Of a stretch of 64,000 nucleotides of DNA, positions 1-12,616 are shown in pieces (position 1 is the first letter of the stretch; every line of letters begins with the position of its first letter). The notes beneath the pieces were generated by a model, which searched no databases, had not been told where the DNA came from, and saw only the letters and a program-made list of their open reading frames with translations. The DNA comes from Escherichia coli. GTDB taxonomy: Bacteria > Pseudomonadota > Gammaproteobacteria > Enterobacterales > Enterobacteriaceae. Location: the NCBI RefSeq assembly GCF_048403405.1, contig NZ_CP183129.1; one strand, given 5' to 3'. The position numbers and the translations under genes were made by a program.

Positions 1-296
1 CTGGTGCGGTAATATTTGTTACCTCTGCTGTAGAGTATCCTGTTCGTCGTCGTGTACTCTTGTCGATACTCAGCTTTCTTTGTGGTCTTCTCTTTTACAA
101 ACCAACAACATCAATTCTTATCGGAATAGCCAGCATGATACCTACCATCACGCAGGACTCTTTCGAGAAAGGGATTGTTTTCTCTGCTGGCGCATTCGTG
201 TCAGCAATTGTCGCAGTGCGAATTGGTATATGGCTCTATCACCGCTCCGATAATCCACGCGACTTAATTCAGGGGAGAAAAGGCGATGGTAACTAA
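1..296 (+). CDS. 5'-truncated membrane protein in the phage lysis region (holin/antiholin-like); reading frame open from the window edge
   Basis: Frame 3 is open from nt 3 to TAA at 294-296 (track ORF 60..296 is its TTG-initiated tail). Hydrophobic segments LLSILSFLCGLLFY and IVFSAGAFVSAIVAVRIGIWLY. Overlaps the next gene start by 11 nt. Confidence 0.4.
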   Translation, partial: GAVIFVTSAVEYPVRRRVLLSILSFLCGLLFYKPTTSILIGIASMIPTITQDSFEKGIVFSAGAFVSAIVAVRIGIWLYHRSDNPRDLIQGRKGDGN

Positions 297-594
297 TGAG
301 CTTGTTTTGCTTATCACCAATGCAATTATTTGTACTGGCATAGCAATTCGCGTTGTCACATTCCGGCGTAACGGCTCTCAACATCGAAGATGGGGAGGGT
401 GGCTTGCTTATTTCCTTATTGTTGCTGCGGCCAGTATTCCTGTTCGAGTCGCCTATGCAATCTGGTTACGTACGCCAATGGCTGTGGATTTATCTGAGGT
501 CATTATCAACGCTGTCATGCTTGCCGCGGTTATTAAAACACGCGGTAACGTTGTTCAGATTTTCAAAACATCGAGGTCTAAACATGGAGATTAA
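286..594 (+). CDS. putative phage holin (102 aa, about three predicted TM helices)
   Basis: ATG at 286 with GGAG about 10 nt upstream. Hydrophobic helices ([43 protein letters not shown]) and a charged C-terminus. Sits immediately upstream of and overlapping the endolysin. Confidence 0.45.
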   Translation: MVTNELVLLITNAIICTGIAIRVVTFRRNGSQHRRWGGWLAYFLIVAAASIPVRVAYAIWLRTPMAVDLSEVIINAVMLAAVIKTRGNVVQIFKTSRSKHGD

Positions 595-1213
595 ACAATT
601 CCAGCGAGCTGCTGGTATTAGCGAGGCTCTGGCCGCACGCTGGTTCTCGCATATAACTTCTGCGATGAAAGAGTTTGGTATCAGAAAACCCGAAGATCAG
701 GCAATGTTTATTGCTCAAGTCGGGCATGAGTCTGGGGGCTTCACTAGGTTGCAGGAGAATTTCAACTACAGCGTCACAGGACTGGCTAACTTTGTTCGGG
801 CAGGACGTCTCACTCAGGGACAGGCCAACGCATTGGGGCGACGCGCAGGCGAACCACCATTGCCACTTGAGCGCCAGAGAGCGATTGCCAATCTGGTGTA
901 CAGCAAACGCATGGGGAACAATGCCCCCGGCGATGGCTGGAATTACCGTGGCCGCGGACTTATCCAGATTACCGGTTTGAATAACTATCGTGATTGCGGA
1001 AACGGCCTGAAAGTGGACCTGCTGGAGAATCCTGAACTGTTGGCGCAGGACGAATACGCGGCTCGTAGCGCGGCGTGGTTCTTCTCCAGCAAAGGTTGCA
1101 TGAAGTATACCGGCGATATTGCACGTGTAACTCTGATTATCAATGGTGGCAGGAATGGCATCGACGACCGGCGCGCGCGGTACGTCACTGCCAGTAAGGT
1201 GCTGGCTGTATGA
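584..1213 (+). CDS. phage endolysin, glycoside hydrolase family 19 (chitinase-like lysozyme)
   Basis: Track ORF 353..1213 trimmed to the internal ATG at 584 (codon 78), which is preceded by GAGG. Motifs QVGHESGGF and [15 protein letters not shown] resemble GH19 signatures. No N-terminal TM segment, so a holin-dependent endolysin. Confidence 0.8.
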   Translation: MEIKQFQRAAGISEALAARWFSHITSAMKEFGIRKPEDQAMFIAQVGHESGGFTRLQENFNYSVTGLANFVRAGRLTQGQANALGRRAGEPPLPLERQRAIANLVYSKRMGNNAPGDGWNYRGRGLIQITGLNNYRDCGNGLKVDLLENPELLAQDEYAARSAAWFFSSKGCMKYTGDIARVTLIINGGRNGIDDRRARYVTASKVLAV

Positions 1214-1692
1214 TCTGGTCATTCGTAAAAGCATACCGTAAACAGTTGATTATCATGGCGGTGCTTGCTGTTCTGGTCATATCAGGAGTTGTTGCCTGGA
1301 ATGTGCACGGCAGTCGTCAGTACGACGCTGGGTATGCACAGGCGAAAGAAGACCGCAAAACCGAAGATGAGAGAGTTCGTCAGCACTACGAACAGGAGAA
1401 ATCGATCAATGAACGTGAAGCGCAGCAGAGGATCGACCAGGCGCGCAATGATGCTCTTGATGCTGCCGCTCGCGCTGGCCGGTTGCAGCAACAGCTCGTT
1501 GCCATCCGTGAGCAGCTCAGGCACTATAACGCCATTGTCGGCGCTGGGTCGTCAGCCGCAGACACCGGAGTTTTGCTTGCCGACGTGTTCAGCAAATCTC
1601 TCGAGAGAAATAGACAACTGGCAGAGTATGCTGACCGGGCAGCCGAAGCCGGAAGAGTCTGCGAAAAACAGTACGACACCCTGACCAGATAG
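1210..1692 (+). CDS. Rz-like inner-membrane spanin (i-spanin)
   Basis: ATG at 1210 overlaps the endolysin stop (ATGA). N-terminal TM ([18 protein letters not shown]) followed by a charged, Q/R/E-rich coiled-coil-like region. Position is right after the endolysin. Confidence 0.65.
   Translation: MIWSFVKAYRKQLIIMAVLAVLVISGVVAWNVHGSRQYDAGYAQAKEDRKTEDERVRQHYEQEKSINEREAQQRIDQARNDALDAAARAGRLQQQLVAIREQLRHYNAIVGAGSSAADTGVLLADVFSKSLERNRQLAEYADRAAEAGRVCEKQYDTLTR
1409..1684 (+). CDS. Rz1-like outer-membrane spanin lipoprotein, embedded in the +1 frame of Rz
   Basis: Internal ATG at 1409 in track ORF 1265..1684, with AGGAG 11 nt upstream. Signal peptide [25 protein letters not shown] followed by Cys (lipobox LAGC). 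Pro/Ser-rich mature part. Fully nested inside Rz. Confidence 0.5.
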   Translation: MNVKRSRGSTRRAMMLLMLPLALAGCSNSSLPSVSSSGTITPLSALGRQPQTPEFCLPTCSANLSREIDNWQSMLTGQPKPEESAKNSTTP

Positions 1693-1844
1693 CATGGCAT
1701 TTTTCATGGTACTGATTTCCGGTGACGGTATATAAAACGGTACGAGAAAAATTTATCTTTGGAAAAATGTTATCACTCAATTGGTTATGTGTGTCGTAAA
1801 TAATTGAGTGGGAATGATTTTGATCCCTGCACTATGAATGAACA

Positions 1845-1873
1845 AAACCCTCTGTTACTACAGAGGGTTTTTT
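1845..1873. terminator. bidirectional rho-independent terminator (downstream of yfgI on the minus strand, also closes plus-strand transcription)
   Basis: CCCTCTG-ttacta-CAGAGGG stem-loop, followed by T6 on the plus strand and T4G on the minus strand. A second hairpin CTTCAAG-n9-CTTGAAG lies at about 1876-1898. Confidence 0.55.
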
Positions 1874-1911
1874 ATCTTCAAGAATTATAGGCTTGAAGTT
1901 ACTTACATCGA

Positions 1912-2451
1912 TTAATTAAACCAGCTGTCCGATTTGTTCTCTTCTGCTTTGCCCACGCTTTTCATCAGATCTCGACCGCCCTCAGTCATATTCCTGTTTG
2001 CGTCAGCTTCAGATTGCACCACATCGGTTTGCGCAGCTTTGTGCTTCAGTTCCTGATCGATAAATTCGTTTTCTCGCTTAACGCGGGCTTCTTCTTTCGC
2101 CAGCGCCAGTTTTTGTTTCTGAATCTCTAAGCTGCGTAGCTCATCTTGATAACTTTGATCGCGTTTTTTGTCCGCAGAGGCTTCGGCGTCCAGTTTATCC
2201 TGACGAGCTTTCTTATTTGCCGCTGCCGTTGCCGCTCTTTTGTTAGCGGCGGCCTGGGCGTTTGCGCGACGTTGCTTCTCTTGCTGGATTTCCCTGTTGC
2301 GCTCCGCGACCCATTCGTCATGCTGCCTTTGCTCTTCATTTTTACCTTGCTGTTCCGCTTCTGCGACAGCAGAGAGTTGATCCTGCAATGATGAGGCGAT
2401 AGCCGGATAGCTTAAGGAGGCTAAGATGGCGCAAAGAAAAACTTTCTTCAT
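1912..2451 (-). CDS. yfgI: uncharacterized protein YfgI
   Basis: 179-aa track ORF recognised as E. coli YfgI (signal peptide, K/E/A-rich coiled-coil-like body). Conserved position next to yfgH. Confidence 0.9.
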   Translation of the reverse strand: MKKVFLCAILASLSYPAIASSLQDQLSAVAEAEQQGKNEEQRQHDEWVAERNREIQQEKQRRANAQAAANKRAATAAANKKARQDKLDAEASADKKRDQSYQDELRSLEIQKQKLALAKEEARVKRENEFIDQELKHKAAQTDVVQSEADANRNMTEGGRDLMKSVGKAEENKSDSWFN

Positions 2452-2466
2452 GACTCCTCCTGATCA

Positions 2467-2985
2467 TTAGCTCTTTTCAGGACATTTGGTATTTGGCTGA
2501 ATACGCGTTTCGTTATACGTCGTGGTAATAACAACGGCTAAACCTGTCGTAAACTGGCACTCTTTACCCACCTGGGTGGAGGTATACACTTTGGTGCCTT
2601 CCTTATACGTTAGAGAAACACCTTCCACTAAGGTTTTATCATTCACCATAGAACCCGCTGCCGCGCCAACAGCTCCGCCGCCAACTGCACCTGCCGTCGT
2701 TCCGGAATTGCTGCCAGACCCGACGTTGTGGCCAATAACACCGCCAGCGACTGCACCAATAAGCGCGCCGAAGGCTTGTGCGTTTCGTTTATTTTGGGAG
2801 TTGTCTACGGCAACTTTTGCGGGAAGAATGGAAATAATATTAACGGTTTTAGTTTCTTGTTTGGTATTCAGTTGAACGGTTTGATAAACATCGGCGGCAT
2901 GATCATCAGCATTTGACTGGCATCCTGCCAGAGTGAATGACGCTAACATTACCACAGGCAGAAGACATTTTTTAAATTTCATCAC
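2467..2985 (-). CDS. yfgH: outer-membrane lipoprotein YfgH (glycine-zipper)
   Basis: 172-aa track ORF. Lipoprotein signal ending in LAGC. Gly-rich zipper GALIGAVAGGVIGHNVGSGS. Synteny. Confidence 0.9.
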   Translation of the reverse strand: MMKFKKCLLPVVMLASFTLAGCQSNADDHAADVYQTVQLNTKQETKTVNIISILPAKVAVDNSQNKRNAQAFGALIGAVAGGVIGHNVGSGSNSGTTAGAVGGGAVGAAAGSMVNDKTLVEGVSLTYKEGTKVYTSTQVGKECQFTTGLAVVITTTYNETRIQPNTKCPEKS

Positions 2986-3295
2986 TATTCCTTGTTATAC
3001 ACATTACGAAAAATAAGACATTTAAGATCATCAAAAAAGGAAAGTAAATGTATTGCGTATTAAGGAATAGATTAAATTTATTAAAATTCATGTGGAAAAT
3101 AATTTATAAAAATACATCATTAAAACATATGTATTAATTTTATATTTATTTCGCAGCCAAACAGGATAAACATCAGTCAGGACAAAGACGTAAAATTTAA
3201 GATGAAAGAATATCTGCCGCTTTGATAATCCCAAAGAGCAAAAGCATCCGACAGCGAGGTGCCGTTATGTTCTGTGAAAGTGGAGAAGGTAACCG

Positions 3296-3487
3296 CTAAC
3301 GTTGTACCGGTGATTCGACGGAGAGTGTGGATTGCTGAGCTTCTTTTTTGCTCTGATGGTGCTGCCATGCACCGACGGACGAGTAGATAAAACGGCCAAA
3401 GAAGAAGATAAAGCTGATGAGCAGTACGATACGGGTCATGCGACTGTTAAATCGGTGTCGTTTTCGCATACTGGTTGCCTGACTCAC
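3296..3487 (-). CDS. yfgG: small membrane protein YfgG
   Basis: 63-aa track ORF matching E. coli YfgG with a single TM (IVLLISFIFFFGRFIY). Synteny. Confidence 0.85.
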   Translation of the reverse strand: MSQATSMRKRHRFNSRMTRIVLLISFIFFFGRFIYSSVGAWQHHQSKKEAQQSTLSVESPVQR

Positions 3488-3697
3488 AAAAGGTTCCTTG
3501 AAGTATGTCCCACGCTGTGGACGGTACTTACATTAAGGCACAACAGGACAAAATGGTCAATTCTTCGTTATGTAAAAAAGCGTCAGTGGATACATATTTT
3601 AATGTTATGGAAGTTAATTTAATTATTTACAATGATGATGTAATAATGATGAATTAACATGATAAACGTAATAATTCATTAATCAGGGTTATTTTGT

Positions 3698-3711
3698 TTG
3701 ATATATATCAA
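3698..3711 (+). promoter_or_regulatory. FNR-type binding site (TTGAT-N4-ATCAA) of the pdeF promoter
   Basis: Perfect palindrome TTGATatatATCAA, about 134 bp upstream of the pdeF ATG. A TAGAAT -10-like hexamer at about 3733-3738 places the site near -41.5 (class II geometry). Confidence 0.6.
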
Positions 3712-3838
3712 TTGGAACTTTCATATGACACTTAGAATCAATGCTCTCTATAGTGATGAATAATCATCATTCGAAGTCAGGTGGGATGCCTGTCTGAATA
3801 CACCTCCTTCAGGATGTGGGGGATTCTGCTGAGCATCT

Positions 3839-6082
3839 ATGAAACTGAATGCAACTTATATAAAAATACGTGATAAATGGTGGGGGCTTCCGCTGTTCCT
3901 GCCTTCTTTAATCTTGCCCATTTTCGCCCACATTAATACTTTCGCGCATATTTCTTCCGGTGAGGTTTTTCTCTTTTATCTGCCTCTGGCTCTGATGATC
4001 AGCATGATGATGTTTTTCAGCTGGGCGGCATTGCCAGGGATCGCCTTAGGGATTTTTGTCCGCAAATATGCAGAGCTGGGTTTTTACGAAACGCTCTCAT
4101 TAACGGCTAATTTTATTATCATTATCATTCTCTGTTGGGGCGGTTACAGGGTCTTTACTCCCCGGCGTAACAACGTTTCACATGGTGATACCCGTTTAAT
4201 TTCCCAGCGTATATTCTGGCAGATTGTGTTTCCTGCAACGCTGTTTCTGATACTTTTCCAGTTTGCTGCGTTTGTAGGATTACTGGCGAGCAGAGAAAAT
4301 CTGGTCGGCGTCATGCCTTTTAATCTCGGGACCTTAATCAATTATCAGGCCTTACTGGTGGGCAATCTGATTGGTGTCCCGCTGTGCTACTTCATCATTC
4401 GTGTAGTGCGAAATCCGTTTTATTTACGTAGTTATTATTCGCAATTAAAACAGCAGGTTGATGTCAAAGTCACCAAAAAAGAGTTCGCACTCTGGCTACT
4501 GGCATTAGGTGCTTTACTGCTGCTGTTATGCATGCCGTTAAATGAAAAAAGCACAATTTTTAGCACCAACTATACCTTGTCATTATTGCTGCCCCTGATG
4601 ATGTGGGGAGCGATGCGCTATGGTTATAAGCTGATTTCGCTGCTCTGGGCGGTCGTGTTGATGATCAGCATCCACAGCTATCAAAATTACATTCCCATTT
4701 ATCCTGGCTATACCACGCAGCTGACCATAACCTCCTCCAGTTATCTGGTATTCTCTTTTATTGTCAATTATATGGCTGTACTGGCAACCCGTCAGAGAGC
4801 GGTTGTCAGACGCATTCAGCGGCTTGCGTATGTGGACCCGGTAGTTCATCTGCCAAATGTTCGCGCCCTGAATCGCGCGTTGCGTGATGCCCCCTGGTCT
4901 GCGCTTTGTTATTTACGCATCCCTGGCATGGAAATGCTGGTTAAGAACTATGGCATCATGCTGCGGATTCAATACAAGCAAAAACTTTCTCACTGGCTGT
5001 CACCCTTGCTGGAACCGGGTGAGGATGTTTATCAGCTTTCGGGTAACGATCTCGCGCTGCGACTGAATACAGAATCGCACCAGGAGCGCATTACCGAACT
5101 GGATAGCCATCTCAAGCAATTTCGTTTCTTTTGGGATGGAATGCCGATGCAACCGCAGATTGGCGTCAGTTACTGCTATGTGCGCTCGCCAGTGAATCAT
5201 ATCTACCTGCTGCTGGGAGAGCTAAATACGGTCGCCGAACTTTCCATCGTGACCAACGCCCCGGAAAATATGCAGCGTCGCGGGGCAATGTATTTGCAAC
5301 GCGAATTGAAAGATAAAGTCGCGATGATGAATCGACTACAGCAGGCGCTGGAACACAACCATTTTTTCCTGATGGCCCAGCCGATTACCGGTATGCGTGG
5401 CGATGTCTACCATGAAATTCTTCTGCGCATGAAAGGTGAGAATGATGAACTGATCAGCCCCGACAGCTTCTTGCCGGTCGCGCACGAATTTGGTTTATCG
5501 TCGAGTATCGACATGTGGGTCATTGAGCATGCGCTGCAATTTATGGCTGAAAACAGAGCGAAGATGCCCGCTCACCGTTTTGCCATTAATCTGTCGCCAA
5601 CCTCGGTATGTCAGGCTCGTTTTCCCGTTGAAGTCAGTCAGCTGCTGGCTAAATATCAAATTGAAGCGTGGCAACTTATTTTTGAAGTCACCGAAAGTAA
5701 TGCTCTGACAAATGTTAAGCAGGCGCAAATCACCTTGCAGCATCTTCAGGAATTAGGCTGCCAGATTGCGATTGATGATTTCGGCACCGGCTACGCCAGC
5801 TATGCGCGGCTTAAAAATGTGAATGCCGATCTGCTTAAAATTGACGGCAGTTTTATCCGCAATATTGTGTCAAATAGTCTGGATTATCAGATAGTGGCGT
5901 CGATTTGCCACCTGGCGCGAATGAAGAAAATGCGGGTAGTGGCAGAGTACGTTGAAAACGAAGAGATCCGCGAGGCGGTGCTCTCTTTGGGGATCGATTA
6001 TATGCAGGGTTATCTTATTGGTAAGCCGCAACCGTTAATTGATACGCTGAATGAAATCGAACCCATTCGCGAAAGTGCCTGA
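3839..6082 (+). CDS. pdeF: cyclic-di-GMP phosphodiesterase PdeF (membrane N-terminal domain, degenerate GGDEF, EAL)
   Basis: 747-aa track ORF recognised as YfgF/PdeF. Multi-TM N-terminus. EAL-domain motifs (DDFGTGYASYARLKNVNADLLKIDGSF). Confidence 0.93.
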   Translation: MKLNATYIKIRDKWWGLPLFLPSLILPIFAHINTFAHISSGEVFLFYLPLALMISMMMFFSWAALPGIALGIFVRKYAELGFYETLSLTANFIIIIILCWGGYRVFTPRRNNVSHGDTRLISQRIFWQIVFPATLFLILFQFAAFVGLLASRENLVGVMPFNLGTLINYQALLVGNLIGVPLCYFIIRVVRNPFYLRSYYSQLKQQVDVKVTKKEFALWLLALGALLLLLCMPLNEKSTIFSTNYTLSLLLPLMMWGAMRYGYKLISLLWAVVLMISIHSYQNYIPIYPGYTTQLTITSSSYLVFSFIVNYMAVLATRQRAVVRRIQRLAYVDPVVHLPNVRALNRALRDAPWSALCYLRIPGMEMLVKNYGIMLRIQYKQKLSHWLSPLLEPGEDVYQLSGNDLALRLNTESHQERITELDSHLKQFRFFWDGMPMQPQIGVSYCYVRSPVNHIYLLLGELNTVAELSIVTNAPENMQRRGAMYLQRELKDKVAMMNRLQQALEHNHFFLMAQPITGMRGDVYHEILLRMKGENDELISPDSFLPVAHEFGLSSSIDMWVIEHALQFMAENRAKMPAHRFAINLSPTSVCQARFPVEVSQLLAKYQIEAWQLIFEVTESNALTNVKQAQITLQHLQELGCQIAIDDFGTGYASYARLKNVNADLLKIDGSFIRNIVSNSLDYQIVASICHLARMKKMRVVAEYVENEEIREAVLSLGIDYMQGYLIGKPQPLIDTLNEIEPIRESA

Positions 6083-6120
6083 ATAATGCGGGCCGACATT
6101 TCTTGTCGGCCCGCAAAGCA

Positions 6121-9733
<3,613 letters not shown>

Positions 9734-9904
9734 TACCACTTTTACTCCGTTTTATTCACGGGACACTGCCTGGATATTATGGCGAGCAATATTGGCAGAT
9801 GTCCAACTATGCCAGAAAAGGGGGAAAAAAACTGCTGGAGCTTGCGATTTACAGGTGAATTGAAAAACGCCAGCGGCAGAGCTGGCGCTTTAACTACGGG
9901 GGCA

Positions 9905-10542
9905 TTACTCGTCGGCAGCGTAGCCCTGCGGCGGCAGACGTTGACCATCCAGCCACGCGGCGTTTTCGTGCATTTTCAGACGACCATCGGCAAACCAGCT
10001 AATCACCAGTGGATAAATAGCGTGTTCCTGGGTTTGCACGCGGGCGGTGATGTCATCTTCCGTATCACCAGCAAATACCGGGACTTTCGCCTGTAAAATA
10101 ACCGGGCCACCGTCCAGTTCATCGGTGACGAAATGCACCGATGTACCGTGCTCTTCATCGCCATTTTCCAGCGCCTGACGATGGGTGTGTAATCCGGGAT
10201 ATTTCGGCAGCAGAGAAGGGTGAATGTTCAGCAAACGCCCGGCATAGTGGGAGACAATCGCCGGGCTGAGAATGCGCATAAAACCAGCCAGCACGACCAC
10301 ATCGGGTGCGTACATGTCGATTTCATGAATCAACTCCCGGTCATAGGCTTCACGACTGTCAAACGCGCTGGCGATGAGCGTATGCGTTGCAATACCCGCC
10401 TGGCGGGCGCGTTCAAGGCCGAACGCGTCGGCCTTATTGCTGAAAACTGCCCGTACGGTGCCTTTAATTTTATTGGTTTTGCAGGCGTCAATAATTGCCT
10501 GCAAATTACTTCCGTTGCCGGAAATAAGCACCACAATATTCA

Positions 10543-10543
<1 letters not shown>
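9905..10543 (-). CDS. purN: phosphoribosylglycinamide formyltransferase
   Basis: 212-aa track ORF (MNIVVLISGNGSNLQAIIDAC). Directly downstream of purM. Confidence 0.95.
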
Positions 10544-11598
<1,055 letters not shown>

Positions 11599-11643
11599 TT
11601 ACTTGCGGTAGAAAAATAAAATTCGGCGCAATTCTAACAGGGA

Positions 11644-11659
11644 AAGCAAACGTTTGCGA
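11644..11659. promoter_or_regulatory. PurR operator of purMN
   Basis: aAGCAAACGTTTGCGa palindrome (reverse complement TCGCAAACGTTTGCTT), about 65 bp upstream of the purM start. Matches the PurR box consensus. Confidence 0.6.
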
Positions 11660-11856
11660 GACTGCTTTACACAACCTTTTTGCACGTCTTTTCCCCAGGC
11701 GCGCGGCGAAAGAATACTTGTACCAGGGCAAAGGATCGTTTTCGGATGGAATAATCTTCTTCCATAACCATTTGAATACAAAATAACTTTATCTCAAACC
11801 GTTATCATTTTGACTAAAGTCAACGAAAATAATATTGCCGCCTTGAAGAAAGGAGG

Positions 11857-11878
11857 TATAATCCGTCGATTTTTTTTG
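11857..11878 (+). promoter_or_regulatory. upp promoter -10 (TATAAT) and initially transcribed GATTTTTTTTG tract (UTP-sensitive reiterative transcription)
   Basis: TATAAT at 11857-11862, then CCGTCG, then G-A-T8-G at 11868-11878, about 27 nt upstream of the upp ATG. Confidence 0.6.
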
Positions 11879-11904
11879 TGGCTGCCCCTCAAAGGAGAAA
11901 GAGT

Positions 11905-12531
11905 ATGAAGATCGTGGAAGTCAAACACCCACTCGTCAAACACAAGCTGGGACTGATGCGTGAGCAAGATATCAGCACCAAGCGCTTTCGCGAACTCGCT
12001 TCCGAAGTGGGTAGCCTGCTGACTTACGAAGCGACCGCCGACCTCGAAACGGAAAAAGTAACTATCGAAGGCTGGAACGGCCCGGTAGAAATCGACCAGA
12101 TCAAAGGTAAGAAAATTACCGTTGTGCCAATTCTGCGTGCGGGTCTGGGGATGATGGACGGTGTGTTGGAAAACGTTCCGAGCGCGCGCATCAGCGTCGT
12201 CGGTATGTACCGTAATGAAGAAACGCTGGAGCCGGTACCGTACTTCCAGAAACTGGTTTCTAACATCGATGAGCGTATGGCGCTGATCGTTGACCCAATG
12301 CTGGCAACCGGTGGTTCCGTTATCGCGACCATCGACCTGCTGAAAAAAGCGGGCTGCAGCAGCATCAAAGTTCTGGTGCTGGTCGCTGCGCCAGAAGGTA
12401 TCGCTGCGCTGGAAAAAGCGCACCCGGACGTCGAACTGTATACTGCATCGATTGACCAGGGACTGAACGAGCACGGATACATTATTCCGGGCCTCGGCGA
12501 TGCCGGTGACAAAATCTTTGGTACGAAATAA
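11905..12531 (+). CDS. upp: uracil phosphoribosyltransferase
   Basis: Track ORF 11878..12531 trimmed to the ATG at codon 10 ([16 protein letters not shown], 208 aa). RBS AAGGAG. Confidence 0.95.
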
Positions 12532-12549
12532 AGAATAAAAATAATTAAA

Positions 12550-12577
12550 GCCGACTTTAAGAGTCGGCTTTTTTTTG
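12550..12577 (+). terminator. intrinsic terminator/attenuator between upp and uraA
   Basis: GCCGACT-ttaag-AGTCGGC hairpin followed by T8. Confidence 0.6.
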
Positions 12578-12616
12578 AGTAAAGCGCCTATAACACATAA
12601 TACAGAGGATAATACT

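Noticed and set aside
353-583. N-terminal extension of the endolysin ORF in the track (start at 353)
   Set aside because: It would overlap almost the whole upstream holin-like gene. The internal ATG at 584 has a proper RBS and gives a typical endolysin length.
3332-3622. 96-aa plus-strand ORF
   Set aside because: Overlaps yfgG antisense and extends into AT-rich intergenic DNA. No RBS or recognisable features.
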